Source of the DNA: Hemiscyllium ocellatum
Taxonomy: Eukaryota
DNA length: 64,000 nt
Assembly (NCBI RefSeq): GCF_020745735.1
Contig: NC_083409.1
Location: forward strand, 15,037,873-15,101,872
Direction: 5' to 3'
Positions 47,885 through 60,780 of this stretch are shown here, one piece after another (the first letter of the stretch is position 1; each line of letters begins with the position of its first letter). The notes under the pieces are model-generated. The model ran no database searches. It was not told the DNA's origin and saw nothing but the letters and a program-made list of their open reading frames with translations. A program made the translations under genes and the position numbers.

Positions 47885-49434
47885 GGCATCAGGCAGAGAG
47901 AGCCACGTCAGCCCCTCACACTTCCGCTCCTGTCTCTGTCTCCCCATTTTCCCTCTCTCTCTCTCTGTCTATCCTAGAGAGACATTGATGTGAACTGTGC
48001 TGAATTAGACCATTTGTCCCATTGTGTCTGTGTTGGATAACAAAGACCTTGACAAACTAATCCCATTTTCCCACTCTTGGTCCATAGGCTTGGAAGCTAC
48101 AGCCATGCAAATGTATATCTAAACACTGCTGCAATGTCACGAGAGTTTGTGACTCAAACAGCCTTTCAGGCAGTGAGTTCCAGACTCCCATCACCCTCTG
48201 GGTGAAAACATTTCTCCTCAACTCACCTCTCACACTCTAAGTCGACTGGGCTTGAACTCACTTGAGTTCAGAAGGATAAGAGGGGATCAGATTGAAATGT
48301 ATAAATTTCTAACAGGGCTGGGCAGGGAGGAGGTTTCCCTGGTTGGGAATTCTGGAACCAGGGGACCCAGTCTTGGGGGATACAAAGTTGACCATTTAGG
48401 CCTGAGATGAGGAAACATTTCTTCACTCAGAGGGTAGTCAACCTGTTGAACTCTGTACCTATGATCCTGACAGCTATGGAGGAGAGAGAATTGAATATAT
48501 TCAAGATTATTGTTTTGCCTTTTCACAGCATGAATGGAATGGGGAAAAAGCAGGAATATGGCTTTGAGATGGAGGATCAGCCATGATCATACTGACTGAC
48601 AGAGCAGACTCAAAGGGCTGAGTGGGCTACTCCTGTTTCTGTGTTTCTGTGTCTGTGTTACCCTCAGTTTCTGACCCTAGTTTCTGACTCCTTTATCCGT
48701 GTAAAATGTGCCTTCCTGTCGAATCTATCTGTGCCCCTCATAACCTTACAGTCCTCTGTCAGGTTTCCTCTCAACTTTCACTGCTCCAAGGAAAACAATC
48801 CCAGTCTTTCCAATCTTTCCTCATCACTCAGACCCTGCAGCCCAGGCAGCATCCTGGGAAATCTCTGCACCTTCCCGAGTACAATCACTTCCTTCCCACA
48901 ATGTGGTGACCGGATCTCTTTCTCACTTTCTCTCTTTATCACTCTCTCTCTCTTCCCATTCTGTCTCACATCTGCCAACTCTTTCTCTCTATCTCTCTCT
49001 TTGGCACTCCTAATCTCTCCCATCCTCTCTCTCTCGCACTCTGTCCCATCATCACTCTCTTCAACTCACTCACACTTTCTCACTCTGTCTCATCATTTCT
49101 ATTTCTCCATCTCTCACTGTTTCCCTCATTCCGTCCCTTTCTTGTTTCTTATCTATTCCTTCTTCTTTCTCCATCCTTCCTCTCCATCTACCTGGTCTCT
49201 CTCTCTCTCTCCATCCCTCTTAGTCACACTATTTCACACCCTATTTCTTTCCCCATTTCCCTCAACCTCACCATCTCTACTTCCATCTGCATCTCTCTCG
49301 CTCCCTCTACACACCTCCCTCTCTCACACACACTCTCCCTCCAACTCTCATTCTTTCTCCCTTCCCTCTCTTTCCCACAGTATCCCAGATGGTGACAGTT
49401 AATTGCAGGGCAAATCTCCCTCTGCTCTGTCCCA

Positions 49435-49750
49435 CTAATGGATGTTCGACTGGGACAACACTACTATTGTAGGACAAGCCAAACAGAGAACAGTCAGGGA
49501 ATTCCTAGAGGCATGGTACTCATCCACAGATTCAATCAACAAGCACATCGACCTGGACCCAATATACTGTCCACTGCAGCGGACAGCTGGAACTGACAAC
49601 CGGAAGCGGCAGATACAAATCACTACAAATGCCGGAGGAAAGATCACAGAAGTGCTTCACAGGAGGCTCCCAAGCACTGAGGATGTCACCTAGATAGAGG
49701 ACGAAACATCTGCAACACAAATTCCCAGCTCGGCGAACAGAACCACAACA
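49435..49750 (+). mobile_element. Penelope-like 3' end with a decayed hammerhead motif (49674-49713)
   Basis: FDWDNTTIVGQAKQRTVREFLEAW..INKHIDLDPIY; GCA-CUGAGGA-UGUC..GAC-GAAAC-AUC-UGC. Confidence 0.8.
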
Positions 49751-50134
49751 ATGGATGTTAACCCTTAACCTCAGAAGCATGTCTTCTCCTGGAGTAAGGC
49801 CCCATTTTCCACATTGACCAGGCATTAGCCTGTCTCAAGATGATGGACAGATTCTTGTTAAATGAAGACAGTTCTGTGCTGTTGGCCTATTCTCACTGGG
49901 GACTGGTTTGGACACAAACCTCATTCCATGAAGATCCAGCAGAGAGAGGAGATCCTCAGGCCATCAGTGTGAGCTGGGGGGACAGGACAGGATCTGACCC
50001 ACTGACTCATCCTGTTCATTCACAACATGTTCCAATCCCTTCCCCTCTCCTTCCCCTTCCACAGTCAGGCTCTGGGTCAGGGTGTTTTACTGGGATGAGG
50101 TCAGGACCATCACACAATTACACCCGAAAGGAAT

Positions 50135-50530
50135 TGAGCCCCACATCCACCATGATATCCATGACCCACTGGACTCTCCAATGGAGACCAGTAAACATAG
50201 GCCTCCTTCCCAATGGATATCCAGCAGAGACCAGTATATATGGATCTCCATACTATTGGATCATCCAATACATATCAGTAAACATGGACCTCCATTACAC
50301 TGGGCCCTTCAATAGACACCAGTAATCATAGGCCCACAGCCCACTGGATGCTCCAATAGACTCCAGTAAACATGGGTCACCATCTCACAAGATACTTCAG
50401 TAGAGACCAGTAAACTAGGGCCTTCTTTCCCCTGAACCTTACAATAGAGACCAGTAGGCATGCATCCTGTTCTCACTGATCCTCCAATAGAGACCAGTAA
50501 ACATGGGCTTCCATGCCGCTGCACCCTTCA
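50135..50530. repeat. Diverged 44-bp tandem repeat, about 9 copies
   Basis: ccaatagagaccagtaaacatggg.. recurs with period 43-44. Confidence 0.85.
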
Positions 50531-51249
50531 GTATCTGAGCTTCAAACCGCACATCCTCTCCATCACATGGGCCTCTTTTCTATCTCCACAACATTGTCTC
50601 TCTGCACTATGTCAGCTCCTTGACCACAGAAACCCTTATTCCTGTTCATCCCACCTCCTAACTCCATAATCCTGATGTCCTCTCCCACCTTCCTTCCACC
50701 CATTCCATAAAGCCCAACTGTCTGAAATGGAGTGGTCATTTCCCTGTCTCACACCAAGGAGGAGATGGGCAGATATTTAATGGGTAATGGGTTGAAAGAA
50801 TCATGGAGAGTGAGCAGGAAAATGGAGTTGAGTCTGAGATGGGATCAGCCATGATTGTATTAAATGGTGGAGTGGGCTTGAGGGGCTGAATTGCCTGCTC
50901 CTGCTCCTAGTTCGTATGCTCATCCACCCTCTCCCCCATCCCTCTTACTGCAACTTTGTGAACCATCTTAGAATGTTTTGAATATTGAAGGTGCGATATG
51001 AATTCAACATTTGTGTGGATTTAATGTGGGGACAGAATTGTGCAGGGGGCTGTGAAATCTCCTGCAGTTGAATATCCTACTAGCAAACTTCAGCCTTCCA
51101 CATACAGAATGGGAAAGTCGGGGAGGTCAGAATGTGATGTTGAGATCCTTGGCACTGTCCCCCAGCAATGTGGTTGACTCTCTATTGCCCTGTGAAATGG
51201 CCGAGCAAGGCTCTCAGTTGTATCAATTGTGACGACCTCTTAACAAAGA

Positions 51250-53300
51250 AATGAAACTGGACGGACCACAGGCATCGATGCAGATACAGTAAAGGTATTG
51301 ACATACCTGCTCCATCCTTCTTACTGACATCTGGGGGCAATGCCAAATTCAGGAGAGCTGTCTCACAGACTTGTCAAGCAACAGCTTGACACAGCCATAC
51401 TCACAGACTCATACCTTACAGACAATGTCCCAGACACCGCCATCACTGTCCCTGCATGTATCCTGTCCCACCAGAAAGGCAAACCCAGCAGAGCTGATGA
51501 CACAGTAGTCTACAGCCAGGAGGGAGTTACCCTGAGAGGCCTCAAAGTTGATTCCAGACCCCATGGAGTCTCATGACTCCAGCCTAAACATGGGCGAGGA
51601 AACCTCCTGGTGATTACAAGATATCTTGCTCCCTCGGCTGATGAATCAGTCTCTCCTGGATGTTGAACAGCACTTGGAGGAAGCACTGAGGGTGGTGACA
51701 GCACAGAATGTACTTTGGGTGGGGGGGTTTCAATGTCCACCAATGAGAGTAGCTCGGCAGCAGCATTACTGATCGAGCTGATTGGTTCCTAATGGGTGTA
51801 GCTGAGGGACTGGCTCTGCAGCTGGTGGTGAAGGAACCAAATAGATGGAAAAACGTACTTGACCCCCATCCTCACCAATCTTGCGGCTGTAGATGCATCT
51901 GTCCTTGACAGTATTGGTAAGAGTGACCATAACACAGTCCTTGTAGAAACAAAGTTTGACCTTCACATTGAGAATACCCTCTATTTTGGTGTGTGGTACA
52001 ATCACCGTGCTAAATAGGACAGACTCCAAACAGATATTGCAACTCAAGGCAATGATCATGAATGGGGAGCATTGCCAATGTGTGCACAATCTCAACATCT
52101 CATATACTGAAACAGTCCATGTTCGATTGCAGCAATATCTGCACAATATCCAATTTCATCTGAGAAGCAATATTTCCCATTGGTGCCATGCAAATACCAG
52201 CCAATGACCATCACCAATAATAGACAATCTAGCCATCGTCCCTTGACAGTCAATGCTATTACCATCACTGAATCCCCACTATCAACATTCTGAGGTACCA
52301 TTGACCAGAAACTCAACTGGACTCACCACAGAAACACAGTGATTACATGAGCAGGTTAGAGGCGAGGAATACTGTATCGAGTAACTCACTTCCTGATTCC
52401 TCCAAAGCCTGTCAACCAAGTCAGGAGTGTGATCGAATACTCCCCACCTGCCTGGATAGGTACAGCTCCAACAACATTCATAGAATAATGGTGTCACAGA
52501 GTCATACAGCACAGAAACAAACCCTTAAGCCAAACTTCTATATTCTGACCAGGTTTTCTGAAGTGAACGAGTCTCATTTGCCTGCATTTGGCCCATATCC
52601 CTCAAATCCATTCCTGTCTATGTCTATCATATCCTGTGTCATTCTTATCCACTCAGAAAGCTTGATACCATCCAGAGCCAAGCAGCCTCCTTGATTGGCA
52701 TCACATCCACAAAGCATCCACTCCCACCACTGCTCCATAGCAGCAGCGTGAATTATTGATCAGATGCTCAGCAGAAACTCACCAAAGATCCTCAGATAGC
52801 ACCTTCCAAACCCATATGGGAAAATAGAAATTGCACGAAAAGCTCAGCAGATCTGGCAGCATCTGTGGAGAGAAATCAGAGCACGAAATGTTAACATTGA
52901 TTTCTCTTCACAGATGCTGCCAGACCTGCTGAGCTTTTCCAGCAATTTCTATTTTTGTCTCAGATTTACAGCATTTGCAGTCCTTATGGTTTCCCTCCAA
53001 ACCCATGTTCACTTCCATTTAGAACAACAGCAGCAGATACATGGGAACACTGAGCTGCAAGTTCCCCTCGAAAAAAGCTTAACATCCTGACTTGGAAATG
53101 TATCACTATTCCTTCACTGTCACTGGGTCAAAATGCTGGCATTCCCTCCCCAAGAGCATTGTGGGTCAACTTACAGCTTGTGGACTATAACAATTCAAGA
53201 TGGCAGCTTCCCACCACCTTCTCCAGGGCAACTAGGGACAGGGTAAAAAATGTTGGCCCAACCAGTGAAGCCCACTTCCCACAAGTGAATACTTAAAACC
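51250..53300 (+). mobile_element. Deleted CR1/L2-clade LINE (APE, RT pieces, 3' tail) containing a Penelope-derived foldback at 52816-52992
   Basis: NVLWVG(D)FNVH-type APE motif, RT remnants, family tail; hairpin arms 52821-52878 and 52898-52955. Confidence 0.75.
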
Positions 53301-54769
53301 AAATGAAGTGTTCCTCAGGAGGGGAGAGGGAATGTTCAGGATCCTGAACTCCATTTCCCAGCCCAGGCAGTTTGTCTCCCAATGAATGAATGAGATGCCA
53401 ATTTGAAGCCCAGCTTCGGAGCAGTATCACTCTGTGGACATGAGGTCTATAAGAGGGAATTGGAGATTGAGCTGAAAAGGAAAGATTTGCTGAGTTATGG
53501 GGAGAGAAGCAATGGGGCTAATTGAGTAATTGAAAGGCATGATGGGCTGAATGGCCTCCTCCTGTGCTGTCAGATTCCAGGCAGTGGAGATGGCTCACAG
53601 TTTTCTTCTGTCTCAGTAACACACATCCAGCTGCTCCGAGCTCCTTCTTTCACTTCCTCTTTTGGTGAAGTTTCAACCTTGCGATCTGACAGTCTTTGCA
53701 GTTATTTTTTAAACTGGGGCTTTCTGCTGTGATCAGAATCTCTAATAATGTGTCCAATCAGTGACAATCACAGCAGCTGAGAGCAGTCAGGACTGAGGAG
53801 CCAGGCTCATTGGGAAACACATTGGGAAGATCAAAGTCATCCTCTTCAGCTCGCGGTACAAACTCCATCCCTCTCCCTGAGCACTGTCTGCTGCTCAACC
53901 AGACTCTTTATAACTTTGGCCTCATCTTTGAGGCTGATTTGAGGCCCAAGTCCTCCACATCATAAAGATCATCCACTGAAAATCTCAGCCATTTTTTTGG
54001 GACTCCAAATGTGACCATTCCAATGTTATCCAGGCCCACGTCACAGCCACTGCCTTCCGTAAATATCAGCTCATCCCAAATCTGCTATCGGTGTTCCAAC
54101 TCACACCAAGTCCACCCCACACCCCCGCCCCTGTCTTCCATCCCACCATGACCACCACAATCCTCACTGACCAACATCAGCTCCTGGTCCAGCAACACCT
54201 TGATTTTCAAATTCTCATCCTTGTTCTCAATCCGCTCCCTGTCCTTTCATCCTCCCTATCTCTGTGACCTCCTGCAAGCCACCTCAGTGTGGTCAGCAAT
54301 CTTGGATATATGCTCTCTGTTTCTTCATCCAAGTCATTGAAAAATATTGTGAAAAGCTGAGGTCCTAGCACAGATCCCTGGCAACACCACTATTCACATC
54401 TGGCTCATTGGAACACAAACACATTATCCTTCCTCTCTGTCTCCTAGACAGACCCATTTCTGACCCAAGGTAAATGCATTTCTCAAATTCCATCCGATTC
54501 CATGATTTGGAGGTGCCAGTGTTGGACTGTCGTGTACAAAGTTAAAAATCACAGAACACCAGATTGTAGTCCAACAGGTTTGTTGGAAACACCAGCTTTC
54601 TAAGCGGTGCTCCTTCACCAAATGATTGTGGAGTGCAAGATCTGATTCCATGTTTCTTTTGTGGAATGTTCTTAAATGTCTTGTGGAATTCCCTGTGGAC
54701 AATAGCCATCGGCATTCCCTTATATCCCACATTAGGGAACTCCTAACAATGTGTAACCTCGTTAGTTAA

Positions 54770-55040
54770 AGATTAGATCAGATTCCCTACAGTGTGGAAA
54801 CAGACCCTGTGGACCAACAAGTCCACGCTGACCCTCTGAAGAGAAACCCAGCCAGACCCATTTCCCTCTGAACTAATGCACCTAACATGATGGACAATTT
54901 AGAATGGACAATTCACCTGACCTCACATCTTTGCACTGTGGGAGGAAACCCACGCAGACACAGGGAGAATGTACAAACTCTACAGACATCTGAGGCTGGA
55001 ATTGAACCTGGGCCCCTGGTGCTGTGAGGCAGCAGTGCGC
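54770..55040 (-). mobile_element. HE1-like V-SINE
   Basis: A/B boxes and V-domain on the minus strand. Confidence 0.85.
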
Positions 55041-55369
55041 ACCACTGAGCCACCATACTGAACCTTCAATGTCTGAACCTTTGTAAATCCAGGCTGATTC
55101 TCTCAGACCAGTTCATATTTGTCCGTTATTCTCTCTCTAAAAACAGACTCAATCACGTCCTGACAACAAACATTCAACAGAGATGTTCATCGTGAATGAG
55201 GTTACTAAACCGCTAGCACTGACATGAGGGGCTGAAGAGCCTCCTTCTGAGCTGGAGCCTTCTCTGTCTCCATGATGGAAATATTTTACAGATTAAAAAT
55301 TAAAGACGAACAGCAATTTTTTTTTAAAAATCAAAAACTCCTCAAATAATTTCCACATACAGGGCCGGG

Positions 55370-58300
55370 CGATGTGTAGTAATTGTACGATGGGGAAGCT
55401 GGTGGAGCCCATTGTAGCTCAGAGTGACCACATCTACAGCAAGTGTTGGTTGCTCAAGGCACTCCAGCTCAGAGTTGATGAGCTGGAATCTGAGCTTCAA
55501 ACACTGCGACACATCAGGGAGGGGGAGAGTTACTGGACACTGTGTTTGGGGAGACAGTCACACCTTGTAGGTTAAATGCTTCAAATTATGGCCAGTGGTC
55601 AGGTACAGGAGGGTGTGACTATAAATGAGCAGGTTGATGCAGCCTGAATTTAGTATTGCAGGAGTCTCAGCTCCTTGTCCAACAGGAATGAGGTACTTGT
55701 TCCCTGTGTCACTGAGGAAAAGGATTGCCGGGAGAATGGGCAAACGTAATGTGAGCATTTTGGTGATAGTGACCATAACTCTGTAAGTTTCAAAGTCATC
55801 ATGTAAAGAGATAAAGATGAAGCAAAAATTAAATGTGTAAATTTCAACTAGGCAAAAGTGAGGACTGCAGATGCTGGAAACCAGAGTTTAAATCAGAGTG
55901 GTGCTGGAAAAGCACTGCAGGTCACGCAGCATCTGAGGGCAAGAAAATTGACATTTTGGGCAAAAGCACTTCATCAGGAATAGAGGCAGGGAGCCTCCGG
56001 GGTGGAGAGATAAATGGAGGTGGGGGGGGCGGGTTTGGGGAGAAGGTAGCAAAGAGTACAATAGGTGAATGGGGCTGGGGATGGAGGTGATAGGTCAGAG
56101 GGGAGGGTGGAGCAGATAGGTGGGAAGGGAGATTGGCAGGTAGGACAAGTCATGAGGACAATGCTGATCTGGAAGGTTGGAACTGGGGTAAGGTGGAAGG
56201 AGGGGAAATGAGCTCTTCAACCATGTACTGAAAGAGACTCGACTTCACCAGTTTCCTCATTTCCCCTATGATTGTATGATTCCATGTGGTTGTCTGTTCA
56301 CTGCCCTATAGGCAGTAAATATTCGCTTGGTCAGAGATGCTCATATCCTATGAATGAATGAATGAAAGCCACTGCACCATGGTCCAGGAGGCCATTCAGG
56401 CAGGGGGAGCACACAGGATGGAGGAGGATTCGATAAAGAGGGGGACTGAGAGCATCCTTTGTGAGCAGGATTGAGAGTCCCACATGGTGTGTTGCCTGCC
56501 TGGTGCCAAGGTAAGGGGCATCTCGAACCAGCTTGAAAGGATATTGGAGTGGGGGCGTGGAGGAGGATCCAGTTGTTGTTGTGTTGAGACCAACAACATT
56601 GGCAACATAGGCTAAAGGTCCTATTTGGGCAATATCAGGAAAGCTATCAGAAGGATATTGATTAAACAGATAGAGAGAAATAAGAAAGAGATGAATACAG
56701 TATCAGTGCTGAGGAACAGATTCCAGTGAATGGACCAAATGAGAGTTCTATATATGAATGGACGGAGCATAAGGAATAAATACAATAATCTGCGGGCACA
56801 AATTCAAATTTAAGATTTTGCTGTAGGATCAATTACTGAGACATATTTGCAGAATAGTTAGGATTGGGAACGAAATATATCGGGTTAGAAGGTTCACAGG
56901 ATGGACTTGGGGAAATGACAGAAGAGGTGGAGCAGCCTTATTCATTAGAAACAAAATTACTTCAATGGTGAGGGAGGTTAAAATGAGGAGAAAACATTCA
57001 GTGGAACTGAGGAGCAGGAAAGGATCTAAAGCTGTAATAGATGTTGGATACAGAACCCCTCCCCACTCCCCCCCAACCATCATCCCTTGTAGCAGCTCTG
57101 AGGTGCTGGATTGTATAAATGTAGGAATTCGGCAAGTGTGCAGCAAAGCCAGTGCATTATTAAAGGGGAAGTTTAATTTTAACTTAGATTGGGAGAGAGA
57201 CAAGCCCTCTGTCAGAAAGGTAGTCAATTTCTGGAGGATATCCGGAATAGTTTCCAACAGCAATAGGTCCTGGATACAACAAGGGGATAAGCAATATTGT
57301 AATTAGTAATGAATAATGAACCAGATTTAGTTGGTAACTACTTGTACATGAACATTTATCAAATAGTGATCATAACATGATCGAGTTCAATGTCACATTT
57401 GAAAGTGAAAAGCATGAATCAGCTGCTAGAGTTTGAGATTAAGGTAAGGCTGACTTTAACGAGATGCGACAGAGACTGTCCACAGTAAACTGGGAAAGTC
57501 TGCTCATGGGTAAAACAACTGAAGAACAGTGGGGAATGTTTAAAGAAACATTCAACATAAAACAAAGCCAGTTTATACCTGAGACGGGAAAGCTCCACTT
57601 CTTCGAACAAACAGCAATGGACAATAAAAGGGATTAGGGAAAGAATAAAACTAAAACAAGGGCTTACAAAAAAGCAAGTAAAATGACATCATCTGCTGAA
57701 TGGGAAAGATACAAAGGGCCACAAAGCAGCTTCGAAGAGCTAGCAAAAGGGATTCTGAAAGGAAACATGTAAGGGATATCAAAATCAATAAGGAGAAATG
57801 TTTCAGTTCCATAAAAGGGAATATGGGAGTTCAGGAGCAATGTTGGCCATTAAAGACTGAAAGTGGGGGATATTGTCAGTGACAATGGGGAAATGACAGC
57901 CATGTTAAATAAATACTTTACCTCAAGATTTGCAGCAGAAAAGGAGGAGGACTTGCCTGAAGTCCCAAAGGAATTAACGGGGATTAGGGACAGGGACTGA
58001 ATAAAATTAATGTCAGAAAAACATCAGTAATGAGGAAAATAATGGAAATAAAGTGTGACAAATCCTTAGGATCTGACATTCTCCATCTGAGGGTGATAAA
58101 GGTAGCAACAGACCACATTGTAGACACTCTGATTATAATCTTTCAGAGTTCCCTGGATACAGGAGTCGTACCTCTGGCTTGGAAATTTGCAAATGTCACT
58201 TCACGTTTAACAAGGATTTGAGAGAAAATCCAGGGAATTACAGGTCACTAAGCCAGCGTTTGTAGTGTGGAAATTGTTGAAGTCTATAATCAAGGATGGG

Positions 58301-58760
58301 GGTAACTGAAGACTTTGAAAATGGTCAGTTATTCAGGGAGAGTCAGCATGGATTCATGACAAGGTGGTCATGGTGAAAATCCTCATTGAACTTTTTTGAA
58401 GAGGAGACTAATGTATTGGACACAGTAATGTCAATGGATGTTGTTTATTGGGACTTCCAGAAGACATTTAATCGTGTCCTATGTAAGAAAATGTCAACTT
58501 CGATAGAAGTCCACAGAATCGAGGCTAAAATACTGACACATTGGAATGCTGGTTGAGTGACAGGTGACCGAAAATATGGATAATGGGTAAGTGATGAAAT
58601 TGGCAGGATGTGACTAGTGTTGTCCAATAGGAAAGTGTACTCACACCTCAATTATTTACATTATTTATCAATGACTTGGATAATGGCACAGAAAGTCAGA
58701 CATTTCAGTTTGCTAATGACACAAAGTTTGGCAGCATTGCAGACAGTGTCGATAGAGTCA
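55370..58760 (+). mobile_element. CR1 ORF1/ORF2 relics with an inserted Penelope terminal fragment (about 55850-56270)
   Basis: CSNC..CSKCWLLKALQLRVDELESEL, GKFNF, KCDKSLGSDILHLRVIK, FANDTKFGSI. Confidence 0.8.
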
Positions 58761-59959
58761 GAGACTCATACAGCATTCAACCAGGGCAGTCTTTAACAGT
58801 GTATAATTTATCTTTGATATACAACTCCTTGAACTCCATCTCTCTCTCTCTCTCGCTGTATTCCCCCTCCTCCCTCTCTACCTCAGCTGCATGGATCTTA
58901 CTCTGATTTTAATCCCTCTTTTCTCTCTCCAAGCTCCATCTCCCTCTCTCTCAAAGCTCCCATCTCTCTCTCTCTCTCTCTTTTTCTGAGCTCCATCCCT
59001 CCCTCATTCTGAGCTGCTGGGAGTTCGATCTGAGCCAATGCCAGTGAATCCCATGGAGAACAATGACGGGATATTTGGCGTGTAAGCTTGATGATGTAAA
59101 TGTGAACCATTCCAGCAAAGACATTACAGATGGTTTGTACAGACAGCAAAGCCCCAACTAGAACATTGTGTCAATCAACACAGAACTTATGAAAGCTTCA
59201 ATAAAAACGGCTATTAATGTGATTCTCAGAGATGTGTCATTATTCTCATTACAAATGGCTGTTTCCCAGTGAAGGTCCATCCTGCTGAATATTAGATGCA
59301 GCTGGGCTTTGGAGAGTAATGTGGTGAAATGTGACCTTGTTCACTTTCACGATAATCATTCAATTGTGACTGGCGCACACTTAGGATCAAATGGCAATTG
59401 GGTATAATCCTGAAGGTGAAAGAGATACAGAAACTCACATAGTTCTAGTTATCAATGAGGTCTTATCAACACCCTTTTAACAAATCAATTTTAGGGAAGT
59501 ATAATACACTTCCAATCTTATCTATGCAATCTTCTCGTCTGGGAATAGGGAATGAATCTGGTTTTGTGACTATATTCACTTTCTTAGAGTCTACACAGAA
59601 TCAAATTGAACAGTTTGGTTCAGGAACCAATGCTACAGGAGATCTCCAATTACTCTGACTTGGTTCAATCAACTGATTCTCCAACATGGAAGCCCTCTGT
59701 TATGTTGGCCTGTTTCTGTTGGTTTCTGTTTTATTGTGTCAGTCCCAGAAACATACAGACAGACGTTTCAGAACTTACAGAAACAGCCTGGACAAACATC
59801 TACTGAGTTTGAGACAGTGAGGTAGCAGTGCTAACCACTGAGCCCCCGTGCCACCATGGTTAACTTCAGAACAGAGTGCTGATGAGGAAGTGGAGACCGC
59901 TTCATGGACCCCTAGATGAAGAATGGTTGGTTAGACATTGGTTAGTGGTCGCACTAGCT

Positions 59960-60175
59960 ATCAGAGGAAACTAGTACAAGGAGCACATGAGACTCCCATG
60001 GCAGATCATATGGGGATTTGGAAAACATAGGCATCCAGAAACAGGCATTTTACTGAGCTACAATTGGATAAAGATGTGGTGCAGTTTTATAAAACTTGTC
60101 CTACTTGTCAAGTTGTAGGTAAACCTCAACACAAAACCAGTATCCTTAATTCCTCTCCCAGTTTTTGAGGAACCA
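59960..60175 (+). mobile_element. Ty3/Gypsy integrase HHCC zinc-domain fragment
   Basis: AHETPMADHMG..DVVQFYKTCPTCQVVGKP..LIPLPVFEEP across frameshifts. Confidence 0.7.
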
Positions 60176-60780
60176 TCGTGCCATGTACAGATTTGTCAGG
60201 TAGTGAGTATAATGGAGATGAGGATGACCCTTCCTCCTTTCCATAATAACTATGAAACATATGGAGTTATGTTCACTATCTCCAAAATGTTCACCCACTG
60301 ACACTTCAACCATTTGACCAGCTTCATTACCAAGGATTGAGTCCAGCACTGCCCATGTTTAGAGGGACTATCTATGTACTGGCACCAAAAGCTCTCCTGG
60401 GTGGACTTTAAAATTTCTACCATTCACACAAAGGCAATCCCAGTTCATGCTAGAGAAGTTGAAATTCCCTAATAATATAACCCTATTCCTCTCACACCTC
60501 TCTGTGATTTGCCAACATATCTGCTCCTTTCTCCCCATCTGACAATTGGGGGGCCTGTAGTATAATCCCAGCAAACTGATTGTCCTTTTGATATTTCTAC
60601 CTTTACCCAGATGGCCTTATTTGAAGAGCCTTCCAAGAAATGCTCCTTCAATCTTGCAGTGATGGTCTCCTTTATCAATAATGCAATACTCCCACCTCTC
60701 TTGCATTCCCTCTATCCCACCTGAGACTTGTCTACCCTGGAATGTTGAGCTGCCAGTCCTATCTTTGTTCAATCATGTCT
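60176..60780 (-). mobile_element. CR1 APE fragment
   Basis: LGLYYRPPN..VILLGNFNF..HFGDSEHNSICF. Confidence 0.8.

Noticed and set aside
48641-49402. 253-aa Ser/Leu-rich ORF (likewise 62235-62573 and 32989-33543)
   Set aside because: Low-complexity CT/GA tracts or TE antisense frames.
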